Positions 17,707 through 27,440 of a DNA stretch of 64,000 nucleotides are shown here, one piece after another (within the stretch, counting starts at the first letter, position 1; the number at the start of each line of letters is the position of its first letter). Location of the stretch: positions 3,502 to 67,501 of IMG/VR virus record IMGVR_UViG_3300008255_000137, one strand, 5' to 3'. The notes beneath the pieces are model-generated. The model did not search any database, was not told the DNA's origin, and saw only the letters and a program-made list of their open reading frames with translations. This DNA comes from a virus (Duplodnaviria; Caudoviricetes). A program made the translations under genes and the position numbers.

Positions 17707-19046
17707 TTTTGCTTGACATAAATACTCAATCGAATAATGGCATGCTGAGAAAGATACTTGTAAGGATCTAAAAAATCCACAATCTCCACTTTACTTTTGG
17801 TTTTTGTTTTTCGGGAACCCCTTCCAATGACCTGAAGAGTGGCTATTTCCGATTTACCGGAGGAAGCATTGATGACGCAATCCAAAGAAGGAACATCCAC
17901 CCCCTCCTTCCAAACGGCGGTACAGATAACCATCTTTATTTTCTTCTTGATCAGGGCCTTTCGGACTTGCTCCCGGACATTTCCTTCTGTACTTCCTTGA
18001 ATAAAAAGATGCTCCATCTGGAAAATCTCTTTTCCCATTTCCTGTAAAATCTCTCCATGCTCAATCTCCTTGACCAGAACCAACACACTTTTCCCTTCTC
18101 GAATTCTTGAAGCGCATAAAGAAAGAATCAGTCGATTGCGAACTCTATTTTCAACAATTCCTTTCTGGTAGATATCAGAGTATCTTTTCAACTCAGATAT
18201 CTGACTCATTGGAGATACGGAAACCAGAGTAATAAAGGGCTTTGCCGTAAAGCCCTCCCGAATTCCATCTTCCGATTTGAACTCACCTATTATCGGTCCT
18301 AAGCAGCCCTCAATAGTCATTCGGGCTTCTTCTTTTTCAGGAAGAGTGGCGGTGAATCCAATCCTTATCGGAGATTCATTCTGAAGCATAAACTTAAAAT
18401 ATTGAGTATCCGTTCCTGACAGATGATGAACTTCATCAATTATAGTAATATCAAATTGCTTTTTTAGGGGAATGGACACCATGGATTTAATAGAAGCCAC
18501 TACAATTCTGGAAGAAACGTCTTTCTTTCCTTCCCCAACAAAACCAACATCTTTAAATTTAAACTTTATAAGTTCATCATAGGTTTGTTTTAAAATAGAA
18601 AGAGAATGACACAAAAAAAGAATTCTCCGCTTGGGAAACATGGACATGATTCCCATAGCAATGACCGTCTTTCCTGATCCGGTTGGGGAAACGATCACCC
18701 CTCTTTGTTTTGCTGTGGCCTTCTGAATCAAATCTATTTGATAAGGACGAAAAGCAATTCCAGAAATTTCCGGATGATCCTTTTCGGGAAGATCATATTT
18801 TTCTTCTGGCTCTATTTCAATAAACAGATTTTGGTTTTTACAATGCTGAATCACTCGGGGCAAAAAACCACACAAAAAAAGGCCCCGTTTTCTGTCCATG
18901 AAGTAGGAGATGGATTCCTTTGTTTCTCCCCCACCCCACCGGTTTCGTTTGAACCAGTAGGATTTATAACGGAGAGAATCTTTCATCAAAGGAATGTCTT
19001 CCTTCCTCACCTGACAGAAAACGGGGCTTAGATATTTAATCTTCAA
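17697..19046 (-). CDS. SF2 DEAH-box helicase (UvsW-like)
   Basis: SPTGSGKT, IDEVHH, GFTAT, EGVDVPSL, QVIGRGSR. Confidence 0.9.
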   Translation of the reverse strand: MKIKYLSPVFCQVRKEDIPLMKDSLRYKSYWFKRNRWGGGETKESISYFMDRKRGLFLCGFLPRVIQHCKNQNLFIEIEPEEKYDLPEKDHPEISGIAFRPYQIDLIQKATAKQRGVIVSPTGSGKTVIAMGIMSMFPKRRILFLCHSLSILKQTYDELIKFKFKDVGFVGEGKKDVSSRIVVASIKSMVSIPLKKQFDITIIDEVHHLSGTDTQYFKFMLQNESPIRIGFTATLPEKEEARMTIEGCLGPIIGEFKSEDGIREGFTAKPFITLVSVSPMSQISELKRYSDIYQKGIVENRVRNRLILSLCASRIREGKSVLVLVKEIEHGEILQEMGKEIFQMEHLFIQGSTEGNVREQVRKALIKKKIKMVICTAVWKEGVDVPSLDCVINASSGKSEIATLQVIGRGSRKTKTKSKVEIVDFLDPYKYLSQHAIIRLSIYVKQNWL

Positions 19047-19434
19047 GATTGTTCCTCACGAAAGTTTTTAATTCTTCGATCACCCTCTTGGTTTTTCTTT
19101 CCGGCACAGTTCGATGAAAAAACCATTCACTGATGAACAGTGCCAAACTTCGAATAGTAATGTTTTTGGTTTTGGGGGTCATCATTTCCAGCATTTCCAT
19201 AGGAGCATTTACAATAATGGAAATGACTTCTCGGGCCTCTTGGGACAGCTTCCCAAACTCTTCTTTTTTGATCGTCTCTTTTTCAGGATTGATCGATCTT
19301 TGCCGAATTAAGTTGTAGTATTCAGAATCCACAACGCGATCCTCCTCCTCAATTCCTTCCAATAAATCAAAGGAAACATAGGAGGAAGCCTTCGCAACAT
19401 TGACCGCATTTAGAAAATCCCACGAAGTGTACAT
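19036..19434 (-). CDS. Hypothetical protein
   Basis: 132-aa ORF coupled to the helicase gene. Confidence 0.6.
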   Translation of the reverse strand: MYTSWDFLNAVNVAKASSYVSFDLLEGIEEEDRVVDSEYYNLIRQRSINPEKETIKKEEFGKLSQEAREVISIIVNAPMEMLEMMTPKTKNITIRSLALFISEWFFHRTVPERKTKRVIEELKTFVRNNLED

Positions 19435-19468
19435 AAACCCTCCTCTTTAATTTAATTGGCAAAGAATA

Positions 19469-19945
19469 CTACTCTAAATGGTTGCCAAACTCAAGGTCCC
19501 AACGATTCCAACAGTGCTTCTTTGTATCAAAGTATTCGCATTGAGAGAAAGATCCAATTCCAATACATTCTTTCCACTTAGGCTTTCGTTCATAGTCTAC
19601 ATTTTGATACCACCAAGCAGGACAGGTGAATCGACGATTTTCAGTGCCCGGAGGGAACTTTCCTTCTTGAATCCAATCCTCCATGGGAAGTCCTCCAAAA
19701 TCCTTCAAATGATATTTGCCATTTCCTTTTCCAATGATAATTCCAGGGTTTGCCTCATATACCCATTCCACACCCCTTCTTGACTTTCTTTTAATAAAAT
19801 TCTCATATACATGACGAAAGTGATGGCATCCGGTACCCTTACAGGAATTACAAACTACTGCTGCTCCATCACGTTCGGCCATTCCTACATATAGCCCCGT
19901 TCCACCACAACTCTTGCACTTTTCATCAAATTCGATTGCTTCCAT
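19469..19945 (-). CDS. Protein with a DnaJ-type CxxCxGxG zinc finger
   Basis: CKSCGGTG...CNSCKGTG; GGAGG RBS. Confidence 0.7.
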   Translation of the reverse strand: MEAIEFDEKCKSCGGTGLYVGMAERDGAAVVCNSCKGTGCHHFRHVYENFIKRKSRRGVEWVYEANPGIIIGKGNGKYHLKDFGGLPMEDWIQEGKFPPGTENRRFTCPAWWYQNVDYERKPKWKECIGIGSFSQCEYFDTKKHCWNRWDLEFGNHLE

Positions 19946-19963
19946 GCTGACCTCCTCTCTTTT

Positions 19964-19992
19964 ATTATAATAAAGTTTTTATTTTTTTTCAA
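19964..19992 (-). promoter_or_regulatory. Sigma70-like promoter upstream of the replication operon
   Basis: Minus strand: TTGAAA (19992-19987), 17-bp spacer, TATAAT (19969-19964), then RBS and ATG at 19945. Confidence 0.75.
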
Positions 19993-20566
19993 TTTTTCTT
20001 TTTAGACGGTTGATATGGGCATCTTTTTTCTGCCCCGATCCCATAGGATCAAATACCCCAATGACATGATTCTTTTTGGAATCAGGGGTCAAGGTCCAGA
20101 TGATTGAAATTCTTCTTCGCTTTGGCAGATAAAACAAATGCTTGGTGATCTCCCGTCTGGCATGACGGGCATCTTTGATGGTATCAAACTTGGTGAGAAG
20201 TTCTTCCACCAGGTCTTCAATCAACACTCCTTCATGAATTCGTCGATCCATTACTGCCTTTCGGGAACCCATTCGATGACCAAAAACCGAACCCCCTTCC
20301 AGACCCAATTCTTTGTTTTTTCTTCGAGCTGCTGGGGATACCGTATAATCATCTGTCACTCCATAGATGTGAAACATAATGTCCTTGATCCATTCCTCCT
20401 TCGTGGAAAAAGGACTGATGACCGCCGTCTTAATTTTATTTTCCTTGATAAACCGGTGTAGTTCCGGTTTATCCATCTTCTCCAACATTCGGAGAAGATC
20501 CTTTCTACTCAATGTTCCTCCTACCTCAGGGACTGGAACAACTTCTCTTTTACTTCTCTTAGGCAC
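19979..20566 (-). CDS. Hypothetical basic protein
   Basis: 195-aa ORF. Confidence 0.55.
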   Translation of the reverse strand: MPKRSKREVVPVPEVGGTLSRKDLLRMLEKMDKPELHRFIKENKIKTAVISPFSTKEEWIKDIMFHIYGVTDDYTVSPAARRKNKELGLEGGSVFGHRMGSRKAVMDRRIHEGVLIEDLVEELLTKFDTIKDARHARREITKHLFYLPKRRRISIIWTLTPDSKKNHVIGVFDPMGSGQKKDAHINRLKRKIEKK

Positions 20567-20721
20567 TCCTTGACCTCCTTCTTTTCTTCTGGGGTTATCA
20601 TCGGAAATGCCGCCAGAATCTCATCCTCAATATATGGAGAATTGAGAATGGTTCGATAGATTCTTTTGGCTGCCTCTCTTGGTTGAACTTCTTCATCATC
20701 AATGGTCGGATCAATTATCAT
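20521..20721 (-). CDS. Hypothetical protein
   Basis: 66-aa ORF with AGGAG RBS. Confidence 0.55.
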   Translation of the reverse strand: MIIDPTIDDEEVQPREAAKRIYRTILNSPYIEDEILAAFPMITPEEKKEVKECLREVKEKLFQSLR

Positions 20722-20981
20722 TTCACTTCTCCTTTTCTTTCCCTACTTTCCCGCATTAGTTCCCTACATGTCTGAGTCCATAGATGGGGTTCTTTTGATT
20801 TCTTCTTTTCCTGAGCAACAAAGTCATTTGTGATTTCAAATACTTTTTGCATGATTGCCTCATCACCCCATCCTAAGGATAAATAAGTATTTTGTTAATT
20901 CTTCTACTTTATCGAAAATCAGTTTTCTTATTTCCCATCGTTTTTCTTCTGCTCTCTTTTTTCTTTCTGACCTTGATACCT

Positions 20982-21125
20982 TCATTTCTCCTCCTTTTCT
21001 TCAAAAAGGTATTCAAAAATGGAATTTATTACAAAGTAAAGAACAATCAAAATTCCAATCACGCCTGCTATCAAACACCAGGACAAAAAGGAATCTCGAA
21101 TACAAATATGAAGAAAATTATTCAT
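20982..21125 (-). CDS. Small single-pass membrane protein (47 aa; not in ORF track)
   Basis: MNNFLHICIRDSFLSWCLIAGVIGILIVLYFVINSIFEYLFEEKEEK; ATGA overlaps at both ends. Confidence 0.55.
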   Translation of the reverse strand: MNNFLHICIRDSFLSWCLIAGVIGILIVLYFVINSIFEYLFEEKEEK

Positions 21126-21397
21126 TTTTCCATCTCCTTTTTCAACCATCGATCATAACAAGCCTTCTCACATAATCCATGAGAAGTATGAATCTGGTCA
21201 GGTTCCTCGGATGAATTCTCCTCCACAATTAAATCCGGTTTGGTTTTCTTCCGCCATCCAAAAGGAATTCCTTTTTTGATATATCCCTCTGGAATGGGTT
21301 CGAAATAAATTTTACCTGCAGCGGAAAAGCTACTTCTTCTGGCTATCCGATTTGCTTCCTTCCGATAATCTCTTTCTGTCATTAGCATAGTTTTCAT
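21122..21397 (-). CDS. Hypothetical early protein (start reassigned to MKTMLM)
   Basis: GGAGGAGG RBS before the ATG at 21397; the longer called start lies inside a hairpin. Confidence 0.6.
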   Translation of the reverse strand: MKTMLMTERDYRKEANRIARRSSFSAAGKIYFEPIPEGYIKKGIPFGWRKKTKPDLIVEENSSEEPDQIHTSHGLCEKACYDRWLKKEMEK

Positions 21398-21424
21398 TTT
21401 TCCTCCTCCTTTTTTAGTTGTTTG

Positions 21425-21477
21425 TTGATACCCACTAATGCCCATATCATTTAGATATAGGCATTGGTTGATATCAA
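21425..21477 (-). promoter_or_regulatory. Intergenic RNA hairpin (near-copy of the 27386-27440 element)
   Basis: UUGAUAUC-AACC-AAUGCCUAUAUC / GAUAUGGGCAUU-AGUG-GGUAUCAA; stem differences from the other copy are G-U wobbles on the minus strand. Confidence 0.7.
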
Positions 21478-21680
21478 GCTTCTACAATTCTTCCACCTCT
21501 CGCTACATTCTTGTTTCTCCAGAAAGGATGTTCTCGTTTTTCTGTTTTTCTTTCTCCACCAAGACTTTGCTCAATCAAATCAAGAATTTCATCAGCAGAA
21601 GCATGATCCTTTTCTGCTATCTCCGATGTCTTGATCACAATTTGACCGTCTTCCAATATCTCAAATTCCATTGTCGTCAT
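21474..21680 (-). CDS. DUF2997-like small protein
   Basis: MEFEILEDGQIVIKT..HASADEILDLIEQSLG; size and context (next to AAA and DUF1257-like genes). Confidence 0.55.
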   Translation of the reverse strand: MTTMEFEILEDGQIVIKTSEIAEKDHASADEILDLIEQSLGGERKTEKREHPFWRNKNVARGGRIVEA

Positions 21681-21696
21681 TTTTTATTCTCCTCTC

Positions 21697-21903
21697 TTAC
21701 ACATCCAGTCCAACAATCTGAGTAACCAAGGTCCTATTTTTGCATCTTTGAATAAAGGGTCTCCTTGCAAAAAATCTTCCAGGACCTTCATAATGTTCCA
21801 CTATTCCTAAGTTCTCCAACTCATCTTCAGTGGGTTCCCCTTTGAAGACAAGCCATCGCATTCCAGACTCTCCAAAGTTTTTATATCCTTCTTTAATAAG
21901 CAT
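21697..21903 (-). CDS. Hypothetical protein
   Basis: 68-aa ORF with RBS. Confidence 0.55.
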   Translation of the reverse strand: MLIKEGYKNFGESGMRWLVFKGEPTEDELENLGIVEHYEGPGRFFARRPFIQRCKNRTLVTQIVGLDV

Positions 21904-21913
21904 TTTTCCCTCC

Positions 21914-22234
21914 TTAATATCGAGTCATTTTATATTTACCCAATTCTGTCATCTTAAATGCCCACTTTTTCTTTTTGGCAATCTCTTTCAGAACTGCCTC
22001 TGAATATTTTCTTTTGATGGAATTTAAATCTTGAAAAGCTTGAAAAGCTTCTGTCTTATTGGAAGTTTTAATAATCACTCCCCCACCTGCCAGATCAAAT
22101 TCAAAAGGACCTGCAAGAATTCGATCTTCCTGATCCCTGTAATGATATCCTTCCTGTTTTAATGCTTCCAACAGACGATCTTTGTTTTTGATCGTCCACT
22201 TCAGACTGATTGTGTTTACTTCATAGCAAGGCAT
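21914..22234 (-). CDS. DUF1257-like protein
   Basis: IKNKDRLLEALKQEGY..DLNSIKRKYSEAVLKEIAKKKKW; context. Confidence 0.5.
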   Translation of the reverse strand: MPCYEVNTISLKWTIKNKDRLLEALKQEGYHYRDQEDRILAGPFEFDLAGGGVIIKTSNKTEAFQAFQDLNSIKRKYSEAVLKEIAKKKKWAFKMTELGKYKMTRY

Positions 22235-22251
22235 CTTGTCCTCCTTTCATT

Positions 22252-22425
22252 TCAATTCATTGATTTTTTATGTTCCCCATAATATCCAAATGACCAAAAT
22301 TTACTCAATTCCGCATCTCTTGTTATGGGAAGAATTAGAAATAACAAGGGAAGAGAATCTAAATAAATGATAAAACCCACTCCCCATAAGTTTCCTGGCC
22401 CTTCCAGTAATTCCGTCTTAAGCAT
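22252..22425 (-). CDS. Small hydrophobic protein (57 aa; not in ORF track)
   Basis: MLKTELLEGPGNLWGVGFIIYLDSLPLLFLILP...; AGGAG RBS. Confidence 0.45.
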   Translation of the reverse strand: MLKTELLEGPGNLWGVGFIIYLDSLPLLFLILPITRDAELSKFWSFGYYGEHKKSMN

Positions 22426-22439
22426 ATTTTTCTCCTTTC

Positions 22440-22496
22440 TTTAAATGTTCAAATCTGCCCTTGATCTCCTCATCAAGAGCAGGATCAACATTTAAA
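22440..22496 (-). promoter_or_regulatory. Intergenic RNA hairpin
   Basis: Outer stem UUUAAAUGUU/AACAUUUAAA; inner stem CUGCUCUUGAU/AUCAAGGGCAG with one U-G pair. Confidence 0.65.
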
Positions 22497-23481
22497 GATC
22501 GAACGATCGAGCCATTTTGATTTCAGGAAGGGCCTTCAATTCTTCAATTATCTTTCCCAATTTCTTCCCGACTTGATCCCGAAACTTCTCATTTTCTTTC
22601 AGAACTTCAGGGGATGCTTTTTCCATGGTAGACCGGACTTCGTCAATCACTTTAGTCAGATCCTTCCTCCACACGAAGTCCGACCAAAGCTCATCGAACT
22701 TTTGTAGCCAATTGTTCATGGCATCAACTGTCCGCTTGTTGATTTTATCCTCCCCGCACTGTTCCTGAAGAGAAGTAATTTTATTGAGAAAGGTTTCCCT
22801 GACCATCTGCATCGTCATGGCCTTCATTTCGTTGATCTGAGCCTTGGCCTTCTCAATTTCCTCCTTCATCATTTCCGGAGAAAAGACTTTTCCATTCAGA
22901 TCCGGAAGGGACAACTGCCGCCAGGTCCAGGCGAAATGGAATTTGTTTTGAAGGGAGTATTGATCTGGATAGGCATTTCGCTTGACTGCTTCCTCATAGA
23001 GTTTGGGATGACTCTCTTTGAACTGATCCACAATCCCACCTTTCTCAAAAAGCTTCCCACTGAAGGACTGAACCTTCTCATAAAAGACTTTCTGCTGTCC
23101 TTTGAAATACTCATTGAGTCGAATGATGTGAACCTTTTTTACAAAGTACAAACCCCTTACCGGAAAATCAATAGACCAGGATCTCATTTCCCGTTTGGTT
23201 TGATTTCGAATGTCATCAATCTCATTCAAAAGTTCCTCGTCCTGAATGATCTTGTTTCGGGAAGAGATTAACTTTTTTTCTTCTGGACTGAACTCATCCT
23301 TGACCAGACTTGAATCAAACGCCGTGGATGCGGACCAAACCCCAATACTCAGATTCAACAAGCATCCATCTTTGTAGATTTCATTGATGTCTTTGATTTC
23401 CGGTTCCTGTGCTTCGGCAATTTGTTTTTCAGTAATTGCCCCCGCGCCTTTGACTTTCTTCTCCACTTTTTTCTTACTCAT
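22492..23481 (-). CDS. DUF3150-like protein
   Basis: GCLLNLSIGVW..REMRSWSIDFPVRGLYFV..YPDQYSLQNKFHFAW; helical C-terminus; next to the AAA ATPase. Confidence 0.6.
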   Translation of the reverse strand: MSKKKVEKKVKGAGAITEKQIAEAQEPEIKDINEIYKDGCLLNLSIGVWSASTAFDSSLVKDEFSPEEKKLISSRNKIIQDEELLNEIDDIRNQTKREMRSWSIDFPVRGLYFVKKVHIIRLNEYFKGQQKVFYEKVQSFSGKLFEKGGIVDQFKESHPKLYEEAVKRNAYPDQYSLQNKFHFAWTWRQLSLPDLNGKVFSPEMMKEEIEKAKAQINEMKAMTMQMVRETFLNKITSLQEQCGEDKINKRTVDAMNNWLQKFDELWSDFVWRKDLTKVIDEVRSTMEKASPEVLKENEKFRDQVGKKLGKIIEELKALPEIKMARSFDL

Positions 23482-23510
23482 TTTTTCTGTCCTCCTTTTG
23501 GGTTATAGGC

Positions 23511-23563
23511 TTCAATGGCCCCCAAAGGGGATGATCAATTTCATCCCCTTTAAGAACACTGAA
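23511..23563 (-). promoter_or_regulatory. Intergenic RNA hairpin
   Basis: Perfect 11-bp inner stem AAAGGGGAUGA/UCAUCCCCUUU; outer stem UUCAGUG/CAUUGAA with a G-U pair. Confidence 0.7.
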
Positions 23564-23565
23564 AC

Positions 23566-23829
23566 TTACTTTCTGAATTCAGATTTTACTACTGCCCAAA
23601 CCTGATAGGCAGAAACTTTTGATTTTCTGTTTCTTCCTCCTCCTCCCAATTTAAAAGCAAAACCTTTTCGGCACCTGGCCTCTCCAAACCTTCGACCGGA
23701 ATACTCATCTCCAGATCGGACGACTTCAAATGCTTCGCGAGGCAGATTTAGTTGCTTCATGGCACTTTGCAACCAACTCTCTCGGTCCTTAGTCCATCCA
23801 CCAGGAACATTTTCAAATAGTTTTTCCAT
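23566..23829 (-). CDS. Hypothetical protein
   Basis: 87-aa ORF with RBS. Confidence 0.6.
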   Translation of the reverse strand: MEKLFENVPGGWTKDRESWLQSAMKQLNLPREAFEVVRSGDEYSGRRFGEARCRKGFAFKLGGGGRNRKSKVSAYQVWAVVKSEFRK

Positions 23830-23848
23830 TTTTTTCTTCTCCTTTTTT

Positions 23849-25327
23849 TTAATCTAATGACCGACTTTTCTTTTTCTTTCCGCCATTGATCGGGGTGGAA
23901 GCTGGAATACATCGGGTTTCTGCCCATTCTCGAAGTTGCTTAATTTCCCGATCCATCGTTTTACTAATTGGGATGATGAATCTTTCGACTTCATCCAGAT
24001 TCTTGTTCATCAGTTTTGCAATCCGACAGCAAGCCTTGATCTCTGCTCCAGACCATCCCTTCATGGAAGAGGGCCTTCCAAAAACCCCATAAGTGGCTTG
24101 ATAATGAAGCAGAATCTCTTCTTGTTCTTCTTCATTGGGAAGGTCAATAAAGAACGGGGCAGTGTCCCACCGCTCTGCCCGAACCCACTCAGGCGGTAGG
24201 GAAGAAATGTTATTGCAAGTGGCAATAACATAAACTCCCTTGGGCCGATCATCTGAAAGAAATTTCAGAAACTGGGCCATCGCTCTTTGGGTGACTTCCG
24301 AACCAATGCTAACATCTTCATTTCCCGCCTTTCCACCGACTCCAGAAAGTGCCTTTTCAATCTCATCAATGAAGAGAATACAAGGAGCATTGGCTCTCAC
24401 TACATCAATAAATCGCTTCACCTGTTTTTCAGTCTCCCCGACATACTTGCCAAACATCTCTGCCATTTCCGCCTTGAGCATCAACAAACCAAGTTCCTTT
24501 GAAAGACAGGTGGCAAAATGAGTTTTTCCAGTTCCCGGAGGACCCAAAAGCATCAGACCCAAAGCTTCCGGATTCTTGGCAGTGGCCAGAACAAATGCTT
24601 TCACATTGTCCAGACCCTTCAAAGAATCAAATCCTCTCTCCCCTTCATAAACCTGCAATCCGGCCGTTGATTCAATGTTCTTGGCCCGAATTCTGGAAAC
24701 ATCCGTGGCCTCAATTTTCCCTTTACCCTGAATAATTGAATGGGCAAAAGCATTTTGAACTTCTCGGGTGGTCATTCCTCTGGCCGATTTTATAATGGCT
24801 TCTTTTTCCTCATTTGAAGGATTGACAAATCCCTTCTTGTCCTTGACCGACTCCAGAATATAATCAAGGACCTTTTCAATTTCATTTTCATCAGGAAGAT
24901 CAAATTCCACAGTCATAAAATCCCTTTGAAGAACCTCCGGTATTGCAGAATCAAAAGGACTGTCTGAAAGAATGACCAGCACTTTTCTTTTCTCCGCTGT
25001 AGGAAATACTTCCAGACGATTTTGAAGATAAGTCAGAAATAATTTATTACTGTTTTTAAACTCATCTACCAAGAACCAATTCAAATTTTTGGCAATAAAA
25101 ATTGTTCTCGGTTCGGAATTTTCTACTTCCTCCATCAAGAACTTCTCAGGATCAGGACTTTCTTCAAAGTCCCATAATTTTAACTTGTAAGGATTCTGTT
25201 CAAAGGTTTTTTCTTCCTTCACGGCCCTTCTGATTTTTTCAACCGTGGATTCCATTTCCATCGTGCGGATATAAAAAAAACTATATCCCGCACGAACTCC
25301 TGTGATCAACTTCTCCTCAGGTTTCAT
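23849..25327 (-). CDS. AAA+ ATPase, Ycf46-like
   Basis: Degenerate N-terminal AAA domain; GPPGTGKT, ILFIDEIEKAL, ATCN, RAERWD. Confidence 0.85.
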   Translation of the reverse strand: MKPEEKLITGVRAGYSFFYIRTMEMESTVEKIRRAVKEEKTFEQNPYKLKLWDFEESPDPEKFLMEEVENSEPRTIFIAKNLNWFLVDEFKNSNKLFLTYLQNRLEVFPTAEKRKVLVILSDSPFDSAIPEVLQRDFMTVEFDLPDENEIEKVLDYILESVKDKKGFVNPSNEEKEAIIKSARGMTTREVQNAFAHSIIQGKGKIEATDVSRIRAKNIESTAGLQVYEGERGFDSLKGLDNVKAFVLATAKNPEALGLMLLGPPGTGKTHFATCLSKELGLLMLKAEMAEMFGKYVGETEKQVKRFIDVVRANAPCILFIDEIEKALSGVGGKAGNEDVSIGSEVTQRAMAQFLKFLSDDRPKGVYVIATCNNISSLPPEWVRAERWDTAPFFIDLPNEEEQEEILLHYQATYGVFGRPSSMKGWSGAEIKACCRIAKLMNKNLDEVERFIIPISKTMDREIKQLREWAETRCIPASTPINGGKKKKSRSLD

Positions 25328-25351
25328 TTTTCCTCCTCCTTTTTTGGGTTA

Positions 25352-25406
25352 AATTAAACTCTCAATGAAGCCCATCATCTCTGATGAGCTTGATCAAAGT
25401 TTAATT
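25352..25406 (-). promoter_or_regulatory. Intergenic RNA hairpin with GNRA tetraloop
   Basis: AAGCUCAUCA-GAGA-UGAUGGGCUU (one U-G pair); outer stem AAUUAAACU/AGUUUAAUU. Confidence 0.7.
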
Positions 25407-27359
25407 CAGTTCTTTGTCATTGATTTCCGTCCATACTTCAGGAATTTGTCTTTTATATTTACAACATAAAATCTTCCCCAAAGCCGCCTGTGACGGAGTT
25501 AAATTAGAAGCATTTGCCAAAGAATGACCTATTCGGGCATCCAATTTATTATATCCTTGTCCATCCAGATTTCTTGCACCATCACATACCCCAGCAATCA
25601 CTTTTAATCCCTGATGAATCAATTCAATTTTCTCAGGGTTTAAATTTTTTCCTTCTTCCTGAATTTTCTTTTTAGACACATTTGCAGTCACCGACTCTAC
25701 GGTTGGGATAACTGGATCAGAAATAATCGGCTCTTTGTCTAATGCAGAATCGATTACTGCTTGTTTTTCTACCAGTGTATGAGCCATGGTCACATCCAAT
25801 GACCCATCCAATACCAAGTGCTGAATCAAAACACTATTAGATTGACCTATACGATGGACCCGGTCTTCGGCCTGACTAATATTTCCCGGAACCCAATCCA
25901 ACTCAGCGAACACTACATGGGAAGCAGCAGTTAATGTTATGCCTACACCAGCCGCTTTAATTGATCCGATAAAAACGCAGCAGGTTGGATCATTCTGAAA
26001 ATTATCTACTGCCTTTTGCCGATCCTCCATCGAGGTTTCCCCGGTCAGTACCGAATGACCGATTTCTTTTTCCTTTAGAGAATTAGATAAGGCAGAAACA
26101 ACATCATGATGATGAGCAAATATTACGACCTTTTCTTCTGATTCTAAAGATTCCATTAAATGATCAATGACAGCCGGAATCTTAGCCAAAGCCACTGCAT
26201 GTCTCATTTTACTAATTTCTGTAAATGCAATTCTGGTTCCCTCCCTCAAGTTTTCAATCGCTTTGGAATACTCTTCATCACTCAATGTCTTTGCCAACTC
26301 AACGTCTGCTTTGAGTTGAGACATTTTTTCTTCTTGTCTTTTCCACGCCTCCTGCTCTTGAGCAACAACTACTGCTGCTCCGTTTGCCGGAAGTTCCAAC
26401 ACTTGTCTTCTCTTTGCAGGAAGCTCTGTCAAAACGTCTTTTTTTAAACGACGAACCATAATTGTTGATCGCAGTTTCTCTTGCAATTCTGTCAAATTGG
26501 AGGCTCCGGAAACATCCCATCCGTATCGAGTTTGTTTTCCATTACAATAACGAGTCACATAATATTTCCAAGATTTCCAATTTCCGGTTGAATTCAGAAT
26601 CGGCCACATTTCAATCGGCCGGTTGACTATTGGAGTACCAGTCAGATACAATTTTCTCTCAGCAGGAATTGGAGACAATACTTTGTTTGGATCAGCATTC
26701 CATTTTCCTAAAACCTCAGCTGTACGCTGGGTTTTGGTGTTTTTCAAATAATGAGATTCATCACAAATCAGAAGATCCCATTTTCTCTGTCGCAAAGCTT
26801 CCCGATGTTTTTTAAGTAAATCATAATTGAGAATAACCACATCCGATTGAGGAAACCCATTACTATTCGCAATCTCGATACTCATTTTTCTAACAAACCA
26901 TTTACTACACTCTCGCATCCAATTAATTTTGAGTGATGCAGGGCAAATGATCAAAACAGATTTAATTGTTTCATCATTATTAATAATACCAATCGCCTGA
27001 ATAGTTTTTCCCAGGCCCATTTCGTCAGCAATCAAAACGGTTTGTCTGTTCTGGGCATATACAATTCCTGCCTTCTGAAATGGGAGATATGATAATCCAT
27101 CAGGAGCAGGAATCATTACGTCTGCGCTCGTGGCCTTGCTGGCCTCGATTGCATCCTTTTTCATTTGAAGAATATTATCGATTATTAAAATAACATTTGG
27201 TGGGGCATACTGCCTCAGTAAATTTGCTTTTTTTGCATCGTCCGTCCACCAAATTTTTTGAGCCGGATTCCATCGAAAACCGGCGGTTTTTGGAATTGTC
27301 CGCTCATCATAGGTAGAGCGGGCGACAAATGATTTTTCGCCGAGTAGCTCAAGTTTCAT
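25401..27359 (-). CDS. SNF2-family (HARP/SMARCAL1-like) helicase
   Basis: IADEMGLGKT, CDESH, LTGTP, QAEDRVHRIGQ. Confidence 0.92.
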   Translation of the reverse strand: MKLELLGEKSFVARSTYDERTIPKTAGFRWNPAQKIWWTDDAKKANLLRQYAPPNVILIIDNILQMKKDAIEASKATSADVMIPAPDGLSYLPFQKAGIVYAQNRQTVLIADEMGLGKTIQAIGIINNDETIKSVLIICPASLKINWMRECSKWFVRKMSIEIANSNGFPQSDVVILNYDLLKKHREALRQRKWDLLICDESHYLKNTKTQRTAEVLGKWNADPNKVLSPIPAERKLYLTGTPIVNRPIEMWPILNSTGNWKSWKYYVTRYCNGKQTRYGWDVSGASNLTELQEKLRSTIMVRRLKKDVLTELPAKRRQVLELPANGAAVVVAQEQEAWKRQEEKMSQLKADVELAKTLSDEEYSKAIENLREGTRIAFTEISKMRHAVALAKIPAVIDHLMESLESEEKVVIFAHHHDVVSALSNSLKEKEIGHSVLTGETSMEDRQKAVDNFQNDPTCCVFIGSIKAAGVGITLTAASHVVFAELDWVPGNISQAEDRVHRIGQSNSVLIQHLVLDGSLDVTMAHTLVEKQAVIDSALDKEPIISDPVIPTVESVTANVSKKKIQEEGKNLNPEKIELIHQGLKVIAGVCDGARNLDGQGYNKLDARIGHSLANASNLTPSQAALGKILCCKYKRQIPEVWTEINDKELN

Positions 27360-27385
27360 TTTCTTTCTCCTTTTTTAGTTGTTTG

Positions 27386-27440
27386 TTGATATCCATTAAT
27401 GCCTATATCCTTATTAGATATAGGCATTGGTTGATATCAA
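27386..27440 (-). promoter_or_regulatory. Intergenic RNA hairpin
   Basis: 8-bp outer and 12-bp inner perfect stems around an internal loop; followed by AAAAAAGGAG RBS. Confidence 0.7.
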
